From: Methanobacteriota archaeon
GTDB lineage: Archaea; Thermoplasmatota; Poseidoniia; Poseidoniales; Poseidoniaceae
Direction: 5' to 3'
DNA length: 32,000 nt
Assembly: GCA_002707335.2 (NCBI GenBank)
Contig: PAMN02000027.1
Span: 1 to 32,000 of the forward strand
A program made the position numbers and the translations under genes. How positions within the stretch are numbered: position 1 is the stretch's first letter; the number at the start of each line of letters is the position of its first letter. This document shows, in pieces, positions 8,200 to 15,882 of this stretch. Under the pieces are notes generated by a model that saw nothing but the letters and a program-made list of their open reading frames with translations, had not been told where the DNA came from and did not search any database.

Positions 8200-8922
8200 G
8201 TGGGATTGTTGGGGGGACTTAATTTGTCAAGCAGCGAATTGATTCTCTCAGTTGAAAATCTAACAGTCGGTTACAATGAAGAGTTGATTTCGAAGATCAA
8301 CTTAGAAATAAATACGGGAGATGTAATTGCTGTTGTCGGACCTTCTGGTATAGGAAAAACAACGCTACTGAGGACTATTGCGGGATTGGTGAAACCAATT
8401 TCAGGAGACATTTTTTGTAAGGCTCCTAAAAGGGGAGGAATCGGTTACATCCCTCAAAAGTTAGGCCTAGTACGCCATACTAGTGTCTATCATAATGTGG
8501 ATTTGGGTGCTAGATCAGGCTCAAGATTTTTTTCTGAGCCAAAAACCTGGTTCAAAAGAAGAAGTGAAAGAGTAACGACAGCAGTCGAAAGAATGGGACT
8601 TTCAGATAAAATGAATGAGCCAGTAAGGCGTTTATCTGGTGGCCAGCAAAGAAGAGTTGCGACAGCGAGAACACTGGCTCAAAGACCAAAATTAATTCTT
8701 GCTGATGAGTTTTTAAGCGAACTGGATGAAGATAATATTTCAATTGTTCTAGATGCTGTAAAAGAATATATGGCTGCTAGCGAATCTGCAATGATTATTG
8801 TTGAACATAACATTCAGAGAGCAACCGAAATTTCTACTCGTCTACTTCAGATTAAAAATGGCGAATTAGTAGAGTACAATCCTTCAGAAATGAAATTTGA
8901 TCTAGATGGTGGTTTAATATGA
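8200..8922 (+). CDS. phnC: PhnC-like ABC transporter ATP-binding protein
   Basis: Walker A GPSGIGKTT, signature LSGGQQRRVATARTL. Atypical Walker B, ILADEFLSELD, with F where P is usual. The PhnC-like insertion between the Q-loop and the signature is present. The GTG start is uncertain. Confidence 0.75.
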   Translation: MGLLGGLNLSSSELILSVENLTVGYNEELISKINLEINTGDVIAVVGPSGIGKTTLLRTIAGLVKPISGDIFCKAPKRGGIGYIPQKLGLVRHTSVYHNVDLGARSGSRFFSEPKTWFKRRSERVTTAVERMGLSDKMNEPVRRLSGGQQRRVATARTLAQRPKLILADEFLSELDEDNISIVLDAVKEYMAASESAMIIVEHNIQRATEISTRLLQIKNGELVEYNPSEMKFDLDGGLI

Positions 8923-8931
8923 GGTGTTACA

Positions 8932-9837
8932 ATGAATAGAGCACTCAAAAAAATCATCTTCACAACGGTTACTCTTTCTGTGCTGTGCTATATCTTTCTT
9001 AATGATTTATTGCAAGGCGATTGGAGTGTTCTCTCTGCAAGTTGGGATAACCTAGAAACATTTTGGAATGAGTCTCTTTGGCCTCCAGAATGGAGTATGT
9101 TAGAAGCCAGGAAATACCCAGAGTGTGGATCAAGCATTGGGTTTTTCTGTTCCAAAGCCTACATTGGAATGCTTGAAACACTAAAAATGGCATTTGTTGC
9201 AACAATAATTGGGTTTACCATAGCAATATTTCTGTCTCCGTTTGCAGCAAAAAACCTCACATCTGCTTGGGTTTACATCCCAATGAGAATAATTCTAGCA
9301 GCAACTAGAAGTCTTCCAAGCATTATATGGGCTATAATCTTCGTAGTAATTGTAGGCCTAGGTCCTTTAGCTGGAGTACTAGCAATGACATTTTACACAG
9401 TAGGGTATCTAGGTAAATTGCAGTATGAAGAAATGGAAGGTGTTCAAAATAGCCCTCTCGAGGCTGCGAGGGCAATGGGGTTATCTCATCCAGAAATCGT
9501 AGCTAACGTTGTCATACCAGAATCAAGCAATAATTTACTTAGTCAACTGCTATTTATGTTTGAATACAATGTTAGACACGGTTCAATCCTTGGTTTAGTT
9601 GGAGCGGGAGGCATAGGATTTTATTTGCAATTCTACTTGAACTTCTTGATGTATAAACACGTTATGGCTTTCATCGTTGTTATTCTGGTGGTTGTAATAA
9701 TCATAGATTTGATGTCGATGTACATACGCTCATTCGTTACAGAAGATGGTGATGTAAAACGACCATCTTGGTCAACAATATTCTTATCTCCAAATCAAGC
9801 AAAGAAATACCATCATGGTAAATCGGAAGAAGAATGA
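8932..9837 (+). CDS. phnE: PhnE-like ABC transporter permease
   Basis: 301-aa multi-TM ORF. EAARAMGLSHPEIVANVVIPES...RHGSILGLVGAGGIGFYL matches the PhnE signature, including GAGGIG. GAGGTG Shine-Dalgarno-like element upstream. Confidence 0.8.
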   Translation: MNRALKKIIFTTVTLSVLCYIFLNDLLQGDWSVLSASWDNLETFWNESLWPPEWSMLEARKYPECGSSIGFFCSKAYIGMLETLKMAFVATIIGFTIAIFLSPFAAKNLTSAWVYIPMRIILAATRSLPSIIWAIIFVVIVGLGPLAGVLAMTFYTVGYLGKLQYEEMEGVQNSPLEAARAMGLSHPEIVANVVIPESSNNLLSQLLFMFEYNVRHGSILGLVGAGGIGFYLQFYLNFLMYKHVMAFIVVILVVVIIIDLMSMYIRSFVTEDGDVKRPSWSTIFLSPNQAKKYHHGKSEEE

Positions 9838-11048
9838 ATTTGGTTCAATTGATAAATTGTTCCAGCCCAACTGAATATCAGTAATTCATCATTTGTTCCT
9901 TTACCAAATCCTACTATCATGGTTCCAACATTGCCTACCTCTGATGTCGACCAATTGCCATCGATGTTTTTGATTGTCCACAATTGTCCACTGCAGAAAT
10001 CGCCATACAAGTAGCCATCTCGTAAAGGATTTGGCCCCCAATCCATCCAGAAACCCCCGATGATTGAGCAATGCCCTTCATGGTTATACTGTGCAACAGG
10101 ATCGGTAAATTTTGGATCAGGAGTAGACCTATTATCGTAACAACCTCCATTTCTATCAAGGTCATGGAATCCTTCCCTTTCAGACCAGCCAAAATTTGAA
10201 CTTTGCATTACCGGGATTACATTAACTTCCTCATAACATAACTGACCAACATCTGCTATCCAAAGATTACCTGTGGGATCTACATCGATTCTCCAAGGAT
10301 TTCTAAGACCATAGTGTAGTGTTTGGCTCAGATTTTGTGATTCTTCAACGGGCACTATACTTTCATTTTCATAATGAATCAATTGTATAGTACCAAGAGG
10401 CGAGGATGAATTTTGTCCGTGCTCGTGTGGGTCGAAGCTTCCCCCTCCATCTCCAAGACTCCATAAATACTGATTATTGCCTATGGACAATATATTTCCT
10501 CCATTGTGATTTCTATTCGATTTATTTACAGTTATTAGTACCTCTAATGTGTCGAGTTGAATCTTTTCATCTATCACTTTTGCATGTGCTAAAACTACAT
10601 TAGAATCCTCTGCGCTCTTACACGTATTGTTTTCGTTGTATACCAACAAAACCCTTCCTGTGTTTGCATAGTCTTCATCAAAATCCATCCCAAGTAGACC
10701 CTGTTCGTGGTGACATCTTGAAACGATACCTGACAGGTCACCAACAACATCTGACTGTACAGGAAGTTGTTGGCCTTCAGGCAGTGACCACTTCGTAATG
10801 ACTCCGTCCAAGTTTGCTATCCAAATTGAATCACTCAATGGGTCTTCTAATGTAATGATAGGAGTTGCATTCATGCTAGCGTAATATTCACAAACTAGAC
10901 CGGTTTCATTGGAAATATTACAATCGATTTCAACTTGCTCAGGCCAAATAAATCTTTTCTTTTCTTCCTCTTTTTCGTCTCCGAAGCATCCGGAAAGGAC
11001 GCTAGATAGCAAGAAAATAGCAATAAGATATGTACGAACTTTTTTCAT
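9813..11048 (-). CDS. PQQ-dependent sugar dehydrogenase-like (GSDH family) beta-propeller lipoprotein
   Basis: Contains NHNGGNILSIGNNQYLWSLGDGGGS, GLRNPWRIDVDPTGNLWIADVGQLCYEEVNVI and NFGWSEREG, which are the GSDH (PF07995-type) motifs. Signal and lipobox: LLSSVLSGC. I place the start at MKKVRTYL (11048), 1 nt after the upstream stop, rather than at the ORF-track start 11099. Confidence 0.8.
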   Translation of the reverse strand: MKKVRTYLIAIFLLSSVLSGCFGDEKEEEKKRFIWPEQVEIDCNISNETGLVCEYYASMNATPIITLEDPLSDSIWIANLDGVITKWSLPEGQQLPVQSDVVGDLSGIVSRCHHEQGLLGMDFDEDYANTGRVLLVYNENNTCKSAEDSNVVLAHAKVIDEKIQLDTLEVLITVNKSNRNHNGGNILSIGNNQYLWSLGDGGGSFDPHEHGQNSSSPLGTIQLIHYENESIVPVEESQNLSQTLHYGLRNPWRIDVDPTGNLWIADVGQLCYEEVNVIPVMQSSNFGWSEREGFHDLDRNGGCYDNRSTPDPKFTDPVAQYNHEGHCSIIGGFWMDWGPNPLRDGYLYGDFCSGQLWTIKNIDGNWSTSEVGNVGTMIVGFGKGTNDELLIFSWAGTIYQLNQIHSSSDLP

Positions 11049-11049
11049 T

Positions 11050-12129
11050 TCAATCGTATTTATCATTAAAGTAAGCGGTGATTCCAGGTACGTCCTCAAT
11101 CAGACTACCGTAGTTACCGAGGTGATCTTGCGTGTTAATGATAGTAATTCCAGGAGTACTCATTACATCCTGTAAAATTTCTACGTCATCTGAGTTAGAA
11201 CTCATATCAGAGAATGCATTCTGTATTGTTACAACCATTTCATCTGACATATAATCCGGATTGTACATAATTGGATGGCTTGGAGCCTTTCCAAATGTTG
11301 GCAGTGCGTAATAGTCGTTTACGTCCTTAAATTCACCTTCAAAGCACCAATCTTCATTGTCATCAGGGTCTTCATTGCCACAGTAATCTGGAACTGTAGG
11401 GTCCTTAGCGAAGGAAATGAAGTCTTTTCCACCCTCTGCTAAACAGCGAAGGGAACCTATGTACTTGTGATATTTTGTACCGCTATCTGGTATACTAGAA
11501 TCTTCATTGAAATGATTATACACAGTATCTGTCAAGGAACTGATATCATCTGGATCTCCGACAACTTCGATATAACCTCTGTCAATCATCCATCCCATCG
11601 GAAGTAGCATTCCTGAACTTCCTAATGCAGATGTGTGGCACGATGTTTTACCTTCCATCAAAGCGAATGGATCTGTTGAATTATCATCATCTTGGTCGGC
11701 CAATGCCATGTCTGAATCTTTGTGAACCCATGCGATCGCATTGTAGAATGGTCTTCCATCTTGCTTTTGTTCAGCACCTAAAACCTGTAAGTCGTGTGTT
11801 TGCCAACTGAGCCAAGCAGCACCGCCGTCAAGGAACCCAATATCGGCATGTCCAAATCTCAATGCTTCAATAGTTGCACCAGGACTTGATACGGGGTAAA
11901 TTTCAACGTCCATTCCGATAATTTCTGAAAGCCTATCTGCTAGCTCCTGTGGATTTTCTTCGGTATTCTGGTATTCTTCTTTTGTCTCGAATGCGATTGT
12001 TAAACAGTTGTCTGGGTCATCACATTTCTTGAATGTAACCATACTATCGTCTGTAAATAAACAGCCGGGCATTGCAGCAGATATAAAGAAAATCGTCACT
12101 AAAAACGGGAGGGTCAATTTGGCATTCAT
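11050..12129 (-). CDS. Lipoprotein substrate-binding protein of the PhnD/transferrin superfamily with a transferrin-like Fe-ligand set
   Basis: 359-aa ORF with signal and lipobox (FFISAAMPGC). Motifs ADIGFLDGG, PFYNAIAWVHKDS, GKTSCHTSALGSSGMLLPMG, KYIGSLRCLAEGGKDFISFAK and APSHPIM align by eye to the human serotransferrin N-lobe around Asp63, Tyr95, Thr120, Tyr188 and His249. A pipeline would probably label it a phosphate/phosphite/phosphonate ABC substrate-binding protein. Confidence 0.8.
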   Translation of the reverse strand: MNAKLTLPFLVTIFFISAAMPGCLFTDDSMVTFKKCDDPDNCLTIAFETKEEYQNTEENPQELADRLSEIIGMDVEIYPVSSPGATIEALRFGHADIGFLDGGAAWLSWQTHDLQVLGAEQKQDGRPFYNAIAWVHKDSDMALADQDDDNSTDPFALMEGKTSCHTSALGSSGMLLPMGWMIDRGYIEVVGDPDDISSLTDTVYNHFNEDSSIPDSGTKYHKYIGSLRCLAEGGKDFISFAKDPTVPDYCGNEDPDDNEDWCFEGEFKDVNDYYALPTFGKAPSHPIMYNPDYMSDEMVVTIQNAFSDMSSNSDDVEILQDVMSTPGITIINTQDHLGNYGSLIEDVPGITAYFNDKYD

Positions 12130-12139
12130 GGTATCACAA

Positions 12140-12153
12140 TTAGGCTGCCCTAA
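12140..12153 (-). promoter_or_regulatory. Candidate operator site (reads TTAGGGCAGCCTAA on the minus strand), 10 nt upstream of the ATG at 12129
   Basis: Same 14-bp motif as at 475/509, oriented with the downstream (minus-strand) gene. Confidence 0.5.
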
Positions 12154-12162
12154 AATAATCTG

Positions 12163-12173
12163 CTTAATATATT
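12163..12173 (-). promoter_or_regulatory. TATA-like box (AATATATTAAG on the minus strand) for the 12129.. operon
   Basis: AT-rich element bracketed by two operator-like sites, about 35-45 nt upstream of the ATG. Confidence 0.35.
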
Positions 12174-12187
12174 TTAGGCCGCCCTAA
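12174..12187 (-). promoter_or_regulatory. Candidate operator site (reads TTAGGGCGGCCTAA on the minus strand) abutting the TATA-like box
   Basis: Starts exactly 34 bp from the 12140 site, the same spacing as the 475/509 pair. Confidence 0.5.
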
Positions 12188-12231
12188 ATCAAACTGTAAT
12201 TCACTATTGAGTAAAGTATAAGTGGCGTTGT

Positions 12232-12245
12232 TTAGGGCAACCTAA
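12232..12245 (+). promoter_or_regulatory. Candidate operator site (TTAGGGCAACCTAA) upstream of the 892-aa gene
   Basis: Fifth copy of the motif, in plus orientation. It lies between an AAAGTATAA TATA-like element (about 12213-12221) and the start region at 12257/12272. Confidence 0.4.
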
Positions 12246-12256
12246 AAGTACAATCT

Positions 12257-14935
12257 TTGGAGGACTTCATTTTGGATGCAAACAAGTTATCGGTATTCAT
12301 CAGGAAATACCCTTTAGTCATAATCTTGGTTTTGTTAATCCTACCTTCATCGATAACAGTGCCCCATGTATTAATGACTCCAGATAATCCAAGTGGAGAA
12401 ATACCATTTCCTGAAAACATAAGCGTTGATTCAGAAGGTTTTGTTTTAATCGTTTTAGATGGGATTGGTGAAGATTATTTTCTCAACGAAGAATTGATGC
12501 CAGAGATAAATAAATACAGGGAATATTCTGCTACAGTCAAGATTAGAACTGGTCCACTTACCCTTTCAGCCACATGTATTAGCGAAATGATGACAGGAGT
12601 GCCAAACGCCCCCATCAATGGATTACGAAATTTCAATCTAGGCCACCCTGGGATGAATGACCCTTATCTGTTAGCAGCAAATGATCCAAGATACAATGTT
12701 GCTATGGTTGGAAGTTACGTGATGGGGAATATGTATCGAGATTTTTCAAATATTGATTTTGTAAATACTTTCAAAGGACATTCTGACTATTATGAAGGGG
12801 ATAAGGATACATTAGAAGTAGCCGCAGATTGGCTGAATAATTCGGATTACAACGTGATGGCTGTACATTTCTCAGGGCCAGATAAAGTCGGACACACATG
12901 GGGTGCAAACAGCCCGGAGTACAGAACTAAAATAACTGCTGTTGACCTACAAGTTGCAGAACTACTGGATTTAATTCCATCTCAATGGTCTGTAATCATA
13001 ACTGCTGACCACGGAATGACAGATATGGGAACTCATGGTTCCTCAGAAGAGATAACACGAGATGTTGCAGCAATTATTTCCGGCCCAAATATTGTTTCTA
13101 AATCTGAAAGTTCTGGGCACCAGAGAGACCTTTCTGCTATTGTTCCAGTAATATTGGGGTTACCATTTCCAATTCAACTCCATGGCAGAATACCATTGGA
13201 TATTCTGGATTATTCTGATAGTGAGAAGTCTGTGATTGAAAGCTGGAATTGGGACGCAGCATATCAAAGACAACTGTTTTTTGATAAGGAAAATGGAGTT
13301 GACAACCCTGACCTATCACAGGATGAGATAGATTGGGAATTAATCCCATCAGATGGAGATTTTTCGCGTGATAGTGACATTTTAATTTCGATATTTACCT
13401 GGATAATGATCGGTGTTTTTTTGATACTAGCATTGGGATTAAATCGAAATGAAATAAAATCAAATTGGAAAATATTTGCATCCTTCATAGCCATAATTTC
13501 ATTATTCATCCTGAGTCATGCCATGTTGAAATACTCAGCCATGATTCCGAGAGCAATTGGCGGCCTATGTGCTGTATGGCTAGTAGGCTGGTCGATGTCA
13601 AAAACAAATAGAAATGATCTCGAAACTAAAGGGGAAATATCTGATAGAATAGGTCAAATTTTGCACAAACCCTTGATTTGGTTTGGTTTGTCTTGTGTTA
13701 TCGGAATTATATTTTGGTCTCCTCTAATAGCAGTTGTAAGCACACTATTTGCGTATTCGATACTGTATTCATTGTATTGCGCATTTAACAAAAATGAGAA
13801 GCAATCTGACTATCCCACTTTTTGGCCTTGGATCATGGCTCTGTTGTGCATGACCTTTGGTAGCATTAGATTGTGGTACAGTTTAATTCCTTTCATGTTT
13901 ATTTTATCTGGGATGTTAATTGGATTCATAAAAACCAAAAAAACCAGCATTGAAAAAATGCCCATCGTGTGTATGCTGATGTTGACTTCATATGCTGTAT
14001 TTTTCGTTCATAAGAGGATATATGGAGTCAATTACATACTGGAAGCTGTTGAATCGGGTTGGCCAAATTCTATCGAGAATATTTTAATATCTTCAGTATT
14101 GCTTATTCTTAGTGCTATAATTTCTGTCACTGCACATTTTGGAGAGATTAAATCCGAGAAAACCGTCAAATTCTCAATATGGTTATTATTCGGATTACTT
14201 GTTTCATCTATTGAATCCTCATATTTAGATCTCGTATCAATAGCGCTTATTTTCTTCGCATTCGGCGCTGCTGTTTTCATACGAATTAAAGAACCTGAAT
14301 CAAAATTAGTCATTGAATACACGGTTGCAGCATTAGCGATGCAATTACTACTCACTTGGGGGGCATGGTCTACATTTGCAACACTGTTAATTTTAACATG
14401 CTCCGGAAAAATATGGGGCTTAATTAGTGATGAATTTAGACAATCAACTCATAATTACAATGCTAAACCATTTATCGCTGCTGCAGTTTTCCCTTGGGTC
14501 ATATGGGTTTTATGGTGGACTCTTTTAGGACAAGTAAACGGGTTACAAACATGCTTTGAAGGTATTTGTCCCCATCCAAGGGAATTAGATCCTGGTTCGA
14601 TTCTAGTAAGAGGAGGCTATGTTGGATTCAGAGAGGGGCCAAACCTATATTGGATGATATTTATGATTTCAAGTCCAATAATATTGACCTCGTTCATGTT
14701 AATGAAAAATTTACATAAAAACGGATTGGATATGTATCCTTACATATTATTCCAGGCTTTGGTAGTACTAGGTTGTATCAGTGTAATCGGATTTTCTCCA
14801 GAATATCCAAGGCTTGTATTTAGTCTAACTTGGAATATATTTTTCGCAATATTCCAAATTGTCTTAGCAACATCGGTGATTATTATGAATCGTTATTTTC
14901 CTGCAGGTTTAGAAAAACAGAACTATGTTTCGTAA
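12257..14935 (+). CDS. Membrane-embedded alkaline-phosphatase-superfamily enzyme, PigN/PigO-like (phosphoethanolamine-transferase / type I phosphodiesterase architecture)
   Basis: 892-aa ORF with an N-terminal TM. The catalytic domain has VLIVLDGIGEDYF, a GPLTLSATCISEMMTGV nucleophile region, HFSGPDKVGHTWG and ITADHGMTDMGTHG. About 500 aa of multi-pass TM follow. TTG start at 12257; an alternative TTG at 12272 sits behind GGAGG. Confidence 0.7.
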   Translation: MEDFILDANKLSVFIRKYPLVIILVLLILPSSITVPHVLMTPDNPSGEIPFPENISVDSEGFVLIVLDGIGEDYFLNEELMPEINKYREYSATVKIRTGPLTLSATCISEMMTGVPNAPINGLRNFNLGHPGMNDPYLLAANDPRYNVAMVGSYVMGNMYRDFSNIDFVNTFKGHSDYYEGDKDTLEVAADWLNNSDYNVMAVHFSGPDKVGHTWGANSPEYRTKITAVDLQVAELLDLIPSQWSVIITADHGMTDMGTHGSSEEITRDVAAIISGPNIVSKSESSGHQRDLSAIVPVILGLPFPIQLHGRIPLDILDYSDSEKSVIESWNWDAAYQRQLFFDKENGVDNPDLSQDEIDWELIPSDGDFSRDSDILISIFTWIMIGVFLILALGLNRNEIKSNWKIFASFIAIISLFILSHAMLKYSAMIPRAIGGLCAVWLVGWSMSKTNRNDLETKGEISDRIGQILHKPLIWFGLSCVIGIIFWSPLIAVVSTLFAYSILYSLYCAFNKNEKQSDYPTFWPWIMALLCMTFGSIRLWYSLIPFMFILSGMLIGFIKTKKTSIEKMPIVCMLMLTSYAVFFVHKRIYGVNYILEAVESGWPNSIENILISSVLLILSAIISVTAHFGEIKSEKTVKFSIWLLFGLLVSSIESSYLDLVSIALIFFAFGAAVFIRIKEPESKLVIEYTVAALAMQLLLTWGAWSTFATLLILTCSGKIWGLISDEFRQSTHNYNAKPFIAAAVFPWVIWVLWWTLLGQVNGLQTCFEGICPHPRELDPGSILVRGGYVGFREGPNLYWMIFMISSPIILTSFMLMKNLHKNGLDMYPYILFQALVVLGCISVIGFSPEYPRLVFSLTWNIFFAIFQIVLATSVIIMNRYFPAGLEKQNYVS

Positions 14936-14984
14936 TATATTGATCTTCAGTAACATTAACCAAGAACTAATTCAAAACGGATTA

Positions 14985-15824
14985 TTAGTTCCCGATGTGA
15001 GCAATGTATTGGTTGATGATTAACTCCTCAAATAAATCATCTTGAGCGGGGAATGCAGGTCTTGTTACGGATAGTATAGACAACTCTCCACCTATTGATG
15101 GAAATCCTACAACCAGAACAGTTCCTAGGGATGCTTTAATCCCATCTCTCTTTATTTCGAATCTTTTGACTGTGTATGTTGCTTCGCTGTAGACATATTC
15201 TCCTTCTGTTTCGGCTTCTTCCAGGAAAAATGATTCTGAATCTACATTGAATCCTGGTATTTCTTCATTCATCAGTTCGATTGATTGTCGCATTCTATCT
15301 TCATGCATTCCTAAAATTACAGCTAGATTTATTGAAGTACTGGATTGACCCCATATTGCAAATGTATGCGGGGCTCGTAAATTGACCAAACTAATTACTG
15401 CCCCATCATAAAAATAGGTATACTGTTCACTTGAAGGCCAATCAGAAGCATAGGGATTTTCAGTTGCGATAGGAGAACCCCATTCACTTGGAGCAGATGG
15501 CTCACTCACTGGATAAAATGCGAAGAGATTCATTACAAGGAATACCATACCTATCGCTATTATCCTAGTTTTTCGATGTTCAGCCCATTCACTTCTGGCT
15601 GCAGGACTGATTACTGATAATATAATTGCTAATGGTAAAATTACAAGGTATCCACCAGGTATAACCCACAATAGAATAATCGACATTGAAATGAATATCA
15701 TTCCATTTTTGTCAAATTCATTTTCTGTGTATTTTAGTATTCCAAATAAAGTAGCAACCATTGCAATGGTAGCTAGAATACTCCCTGACACACTTTGGGC
15801 TGGACAATCTACAGGATAAGTCAA
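14985..15824 (-). CDS. Membrane protein of unknown function (3-4 N-terminal TMs plus an extracytoplasmic domain)
   Basis: 279-aa ORF with a TTG start (uncertain). Hydrophobic segments include ILATIAMVATLFGIL, MIFISMSIILLWVIPGGYLVILPLAIILSVI and IIAIGMVFLVMNLFAFY. I recognise no family motif. Divergent from the ABC-2 pair. Confidence 0.55.
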   Translation of the reverse strand: MTYPVDCPAQSVSGSILATIAMVATLFGILKYTENEFDKNGMIFISMSIILLWVIPGGYLVILPLAIILSVISPAARSEWAEHRKTRIIAIGMVFLVMNLFAFYPVSEPSAPSEWGSPIATENPYASDWPSSEQYTYFYDGAVISLVNLRAPHTFAIWGQSSTSINLAVILGMHEDRMRQSIELMNEEIPGFNVDSESFFLEEAETEGEYVYSEATYTVKRFEIKRDGIKASLGTVLVVGFPSIGGELSILSVTRPAFPAQDDLFEELIINQYIAHIGN

Positions 15825-15882
15825 CCCCTAGTTTCTTCATTCTAGCGGCACTTTGTAAAGTATGAATGTATAGACCGTAGTA

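Noticed and set aside
11049-11099. ORF-track N-terminal extension of the GSDH-like gene (start 11099), overlapping the upstream gene by 50 nt
   Set aside because: The extension (MRTYLESPLTLMINTIE) precedes a textbook signal peptide and lipobox beginning MKKVRTYL. A start at 11048 gives a 1-nt spacer instead of a 50-nt overlap.
8200-12129. Straightforward annotation as a phosphonate (PhnCDE) uptake system
   Set aside because: This is not fully rejected. PhnC/PhnE-like features are real. However, the binding protein shows transferrin-specific motifs and a D/Y/Y/H ligand set, and the neighbours are Fe/haem-type genes. I therefore consider phosphonate specificity unproven and flag iron as the competing hypothesis.
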